DNA of 64,000 bases from positions 28,259-92,258 of the forward strand of contig JAZDOJ010000007.1 in assembly GCA_043798795.1 (NCBI GenBank), read 5' to 3'. The notes below the pieces were generated by a model. That model ran no database searches. It was not told the origin of the DNA and saw only the letters and a program-made list of their open reading frames with translations. A program made the position numbers and the translations under genes. The stretch comes from Candidatus Omnitrophota bacterium. GTDB taxonomy: Bacteria > Omnitrophota > Gorgyraeia > Gygaellales > Profunditerraquicolaceae. Shown here in pieces: positions 60,500-64,000 of this stretch; the first letter of the stretch is position 1, and each line of letters begins with the position of its first letter.

Positions 60500-62188
60500 A
60501 TGCCTAGCCATAAAATCTTAAAAATCGCAAAACCTTCTAACAGCCTGTGTGATCAGCTCAACAAAGAATTAGGGTTGCCGGAAATACTGGCCCAGATTCT
60601 CATTAACAGGGGGATAAGCACAGCCCAGGAGGCTGAAAGGTTCCTGAATGTCAACCCCGAACATCTTTTGGACCCTTTTCTCTTCAAGGATATGCGAAAG
60701 GCCGTCAGCCGTATCCAGGGGGCAGGCCGGGACAAAGAGGAGGTCATGGTCTTTGGAGATTATGATGCGGATGGGATAACCGCCTTGGTCCTTTTAAAGG
60801 ACACACTTAAGAAAATAGGGGTGGAAGCGCTCCATTACCTGCCGCATCGGATTAAGGAGGGGTATGGCCTGAACAAAAATATCGTCAGGCATATCCTGAA
60901 AACAAAAGTCAAGCTTTTGATCACCGTTGACTGCGGGATAAGCAACCACGAGGAAATCGAGGAGTTGAAACGTCACCACATAGATGTGATTATCACCGAC
61001 CATCATGAGTCGGCAACCGAGAGGCTTCCCCATGCTTTCGGTATCCTGAATCCCAAAACCAAAACAAGCGGTTACCCGTTCCGGGACCTGGCAGGGGTGG
61101 GCGTATCTTATAAGCTTTGTCAGGCCTTAAGCGATTCTCCTTTGACAGAGGATCTGGATTTAGTCTCCCTAGGGACTATCGCGGACTGCGTGCCGTTGAC
61201 AGGAGAAAACCGTATCATTGCCAAAGAAGGCCTCAAGCAGCTTGCGCAGACAGGAAGGGAGGGCTTGCGGGCTCTTATAGAGAACGCCGGAATCAGCGGT
61301 CGTAAGTTCACCTCAACTTTCGTCAGCTTTATCCTTGGTCCCCGTATCAATGCCAGCGGCCGGATGGATACGCCTGAGACTTCCCTCAATCTCTTGATGA
61401 GCCGGACGCCGGAAGAGGCCCAAAGGTACGCGAAGGTCATTGAAGGCCACAATCGGCAGCGGCAAAAAATAGAGAACAGGATCCTGGATGAGGCCCAGGA
61501 CCTGATTGATAAAGAGGTTAATTTTAAGGAACATAAAATCATCGTTATTGCCAAGGAGGATTGGCATCAGGGCGTGTTGGGTATCGTGGCCTCAAGACTG
61601 GCGGATCGATTTTACAGGCCGGCGATCGTGATCTCTTTGGATGAGAAATTATGCAAGGGTTCAGGCCGCTCCATTAAGAATTTTCATCTTTTGCAGGCGC
61701 TAACGGAGTGTAAAGAATTTCTGGATAGTTTTGGCGGGCATAGCCACGCGGCGGGCCTGGTGATTACCAAGGACAGCATAGAAGATTTTAAGCGCAGCAT
61801 CAACGAACTGGCTCATCAGCGCTTATCTATCGAGGACCTGTTGCCAAGTCTCGATATCGATATGGAGCTGGCCCTTTCGGATTTGAATGAAGCAACCGTC
61901 ACCGCGTTTGACAGATTGGAACCTTTTGGGGCAGGAAATCCCGAACCTTTATTTTTTTCAAGAAATTTAAGAAGGAAATCAGAACCTCAGGTTTTAAGCC
62001 GGGAGACTCTGAAATTCTGGGTCACGGATGGCCTAGCGACCTATCAGGCCATTGGTTTTGGTATGGGTCCTTTGAAGGATAACCTTTTAGAATCAGAAAG
62101 TTTCGATCTGGTTTATACAGCGCGCATAGACAACTGGGCGGGGGAGACCTCTGTTCTTTTGGAAATCAAAGATATATTTTTTAAGTGA
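60500..62188 (+). CDS. recJ: Single-stranded-DNA-specific exonuclease RecJ
   Basis: DHH motifs (VFGDYDADGITA, ITDHH), DHHA1 region GGHSHAAG, C-terminal OB domain. Confidence 0.95.
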   Translation: MPSHKILKIAKPSNSLCDQLNKELGLPEILAQILINRGISTAQEAERFLNVNPEHLLDPFLFKDMRKAVSRIQGAGRDKEEVMVFGDYDADGITALVLLKDTLKKIGVEALHYLPHRIKEGYGLNKNIVRHILKTKVKLLITVDCGISNHEEIEELKRHHIDVIITDHHESATERLPHAFGILNPKTKTSGYPFRDLAGVGVSYKLCQALSDSPLTEDLDLVSLGTIADCVPLTGENRIIAKEGLKQLAQTGREGLRALIENAGISGRKFTSTFVSFILGPRINASGRMDTPETSLNLLMSRTPEEAQRYAKVIEGHNRQRQKIENRILDEAQDLIDKEVNFKEHKIIVIAKEDWHQGVLGIVASRLADRFYRPAIVISLDEKLCKGSGRSIKNFHLLQALTECKEFLDSFGGHSHAAGLVITKDSIEDFKRSINELAHQRLSIEDLLPSLDIDMELALSDLNEATVTAFDRLEPFGAGNPEPLFFSRNLRRKSEPQVLSRETLKFWVTDGLATYQAIGFGMGPLKDNLLESESFDLVYTARIDNWAGETSVLLEIKDIFFK

Positions 62189-62190
62189 GC

Positions 62191-62418
62191 CTAGACCTTA
62201 TGCAGGTTTTCTTTTTTAATGCATTTGGTGCATACGTAGACTCTCTTGGGATGGCCTTTGATGAGGATGCGCATTTTTTGAAGGTTCGGCAGGAATTTAC
62301 GCATGGTCCAGCGGGCGATCTTGCTGCCGGTTCCGCCCTTGGCTTTATACTGGCCTTTTCGGGTGATGACTTTTCCGGATAATTCACCCTTTCCGCATAA
62401 CGCACATTTTTTTAACAT
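62191..62418 (-). CDS. rpmB: 50S ribosomal protein L28 (zinc-ribbon form); the only minus-strand gene in the window
   Basis: RKFLPNLQ core motif and CxxC...CxxC; 75 aa; GGAGAGG SD upstream on the minus strand. Confidence 0.6.
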   Translation of the reverse strand: MLKKCALCGKGELSGKVITRKGQYKAKGGTGSKIARWTMRKFLPNLQKMRILIKGHPKRVYVCTKCIKKENLHKV

Positions 62419-62452
62419 TGCATTCCTCTCCTTATTAGGAAGATAAGTATAC

Positions 62453-62481
62453 TTGAAATTTGGATATTGTCAAGATAGAAT
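62453..62481 (+). promoter_or_regulatory. Sigma70-like promoter TTGAAA - 17 bp - TAGAAT upstream of the UvrD-like helicase gene, in the rpmB-divergent region
   Basis: Hexamers and spacer read directly; about 30 nt upstream of the ATG at 62512. Confidence 0.5.
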
Positions 62482-62511
62482 AATGAGGGATTGACTCGGC
62501 GATAGAAAACG

Positions 62512-64000
62512 ATGAACGATATTCTGGAGGGTCTCAATAAGGAGCAGGAGGAGGCGGTGACGCACCGCCAAGGGCCTCTTTTGATCATTGCCGGCGCCGG
62601 AACGGGAAAAACCACGGTCATCACCCGCAGGATCGCCTGGCTTTTATCCAGCGGCCTGGCCAAGACGAACGAAATATTAGCCCTGACCTTTACGGATAAG
62701 GCCGCTGCCCAGATGCTGGAACGCGTGGATATCCTTGTGCCTTACGGCTATACGGATATCTGGATCTCGACCTTTCATGCCTTTGGAGATAGGCTTTTAA
62801 GAGAGAATGCCCTTATCGCCGGCCTGGATCCGGATTTTAAAGTCTTAACCCGGCCTGAGGCCGCGGTTTTTTTCCGTGAACATCTTTTTGAGTTTAATCT
62901 TTCCTACTACCGGCCCTTATCCGACCCCACGCGCTTCATTGAAGCCCTGATTCAGGTGTTTAGCCGCGCCAAAGACGAAGATATCTCTCCCCAAGAATAC
63001 CTTGATTTTGCCGCAAACCTTATGCAGAGGTCAAAAGAGCATTCAGAGGATGAGGCCCTGAAGGAGGAGGCCTTGCAGCAGTTGGATGTGGCGAAGGCCT
63101 ATTGCTTATATCAGGAGCTTCTTTCTAAATTCGGTGCCGTAGATTTTGGGAATCAATTCTTTTTAGGATTAAAACTCTTAAGAGAGCATCCTTTAATCCT
63201 AAAAAGATACCAGCAGCAGTTCAAATACATTCTGGTGGATGAGTTTCAGGATACCAACTTCGCGCAGTTCCAGATGGTCAAATTATTGGTCGGGCAGGAT
63301 AAGAATATTGCGGTGGTTGCCGACGATGACCAGTGCATCTATCGCTGGCGGGGCGCTGCTTACAGCAACGTGTTGAATTTTATGGAGAGTTTTCCGCAGG
63401 CCCAAAAGGTCAGCCTTATTCAGAACTACCGCTCTACGCAGCAACTCCTGGATAGCGCCTATCGGCTTATCCAGAATAATAATCCGGAGCGCTTTGAGGT
63501 GAAGGCTGGAATCGATAAAAAGCTTATCGCTGTTTCGAAGAAAGGTTCGAGACTTGAGTCTTTGCATTTTGAGAGCCATTCAGCAGAATCCGATTGGGTG
63601 GCGCAAACTATCAAAAAGAAGGTCGATTCCGGAAAATTCCACTATAAGGACTTTGCGATCCTTGTGCGTGCCAACTCAGACGCCCAGGCTTTTTTGCAGG
63701 CATTGAACATGCAGGGTCTGCCGTGGCAATTCAGCGGCGCCCAGGGGTTGTATTCCAGGGAAGAGGTCAAGTTGTGCATCCATTTCTTGCGCGTCACGGC
63801 CAATGCCTCGGATTCTTTAAGCCTTTATTATCTGGTCTCAAGCGAAGTCTATGACCTGAATCTTTCTGACCTGTCTTTATGCATGCATTATGCGAAACGC
63901 AGGAATAAATCGCTCTGTTTTGTATTTGAGAACATCGAAACGATCCAAGAGTTATCCGAGGTAAGCCCCACAAGCCGCGAAAAGATCAGAAAGGTTTTGG
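62512..64000 (+). CDS. UvrD/PcrA/Rep-family ATP-dependent DNA helicase (N-terminal ~496 aa; continues past the window end); not in the ORF track because it has no in-window stop
   Basis: Walker A AGAGTGKTTVI; motifs Ia-III (ALTFTDKAAAQM, VDEFQDTN, DDDQCIYRWRGA, NYRST). Confidence 0.85.
   Translation, partial: MNDILEGLNKEQEEAVTHRQGPLLIIAGAGTGKTTVITRRIAWLLSSGLAKTNEILALTFTDKAAAQMLERVDILVPYGYTDIWISTFHAFGDRLLRENALIAGLDPDFKVLTRPEAAVFFREHLFEFNLSYYRPLSDPTRFIEALIQVFSRAKDEDISPQEYLDFAANLMQRSKEHSEDEALKEEALQQLDVAKAYCLYQELLSKFGAVDFGNQFFLGLKLLREHPLILKRYQQQFKYILVDEFQDTNFAQFQMVKLLVGQDKNIAVVADDDQCIYRWRGAAYSNVLNFMESFPQAQKVSLIQNYRSTQQLLDSAYRLIQNNNPERFEVKAGIDKKLIAVSKKGSRLESLHFESHSAESDWVAQTIKKKVDSGKFHYKDFAILVRANSDAQAFLQALNMQGLPWQFSGAQGLYSREEVKLCIHFLRVTANASDSLSLYYLVSSEVYDLNLSDLSLCMHYAKRRNKSLCFVFENIETIQELSEVSPTSREKIRKVL

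Noticed and set aside
62412-62663. 83-aa minus-strand ORF overlapping the start of the UvrD-like helicase gene, and the 63283-63579 minus ORF
   Set aside because: They are antisense to a helicase whose motifs (Walker A, Ia, II, III, IV) are all in frame on the plus strand

Overview
This is a densely packed, almost entirely plus-strand housekeeping segment of a bacterial chromosome; 62 of the 63 protein-coding genes run in the same direction. No rRNA, tRNA, CRISPR array or mobile-element gene is recognisable. Neighbouring genes very often overlap by 1-11 nt (ATGA, TAATG, ATGGTGA junctions), which suggests a compact, streamlined genome. Recognisable modules, in order, are: serC(partial)-serA; a secreted protein with a degenerate phosphoesterase-like domain and thioredoxin-like domains; an isopropylmalate/homocitrate-synthase-family enzyme; purA; an OmpA-like lipoprotein plus a coiled-coil protein; a DUF4912/GH57 branching-enzyme pair; uppS-cdsA-dxr-rseP-ispG with an orphan CpaF/TadA-type ATPase wedged before proS; rimP-nusA-infB-trpS-scpA-ruvB; queuosine genes (queH, queA, tgt) with trmD-rplS-rnhB-yraN. 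The most notable block is a translationally coupled Wood-Ljungdahl operon: fhs-fchA-folD-[unknown 207-aa ORF]-metF-cooS(acsA)-cooF-FAD/NAD oxidoreductase-acsB, with no corrinoid Fe-S protein, methyltransferase or cooC genes in the window. After it come polA-glgA-coaE-rho-rpmE-prfA-prmC-murA, a trpGDCFBA cluster without trpE, an M16 peptidase, a CBS/DUF21 protein, a 49-aa zinc-ribbon ORF missed by the ORF track, then rsfS-argS-recJ, a minus-strand rpmB and a UvrD-family helicase running off the window end. The gene content points to a strictly anaerobic, acetogenic or CO-utilising organism. Best candidates for new biology: the unknown ORF inside the C1 operon, the orphan CpaF ATPase, the dispersed 7-bp AGTTCAN repeat family (three intergenic spacers and, inverted, inside prmC), and several long perfect palindromes in leader regions.
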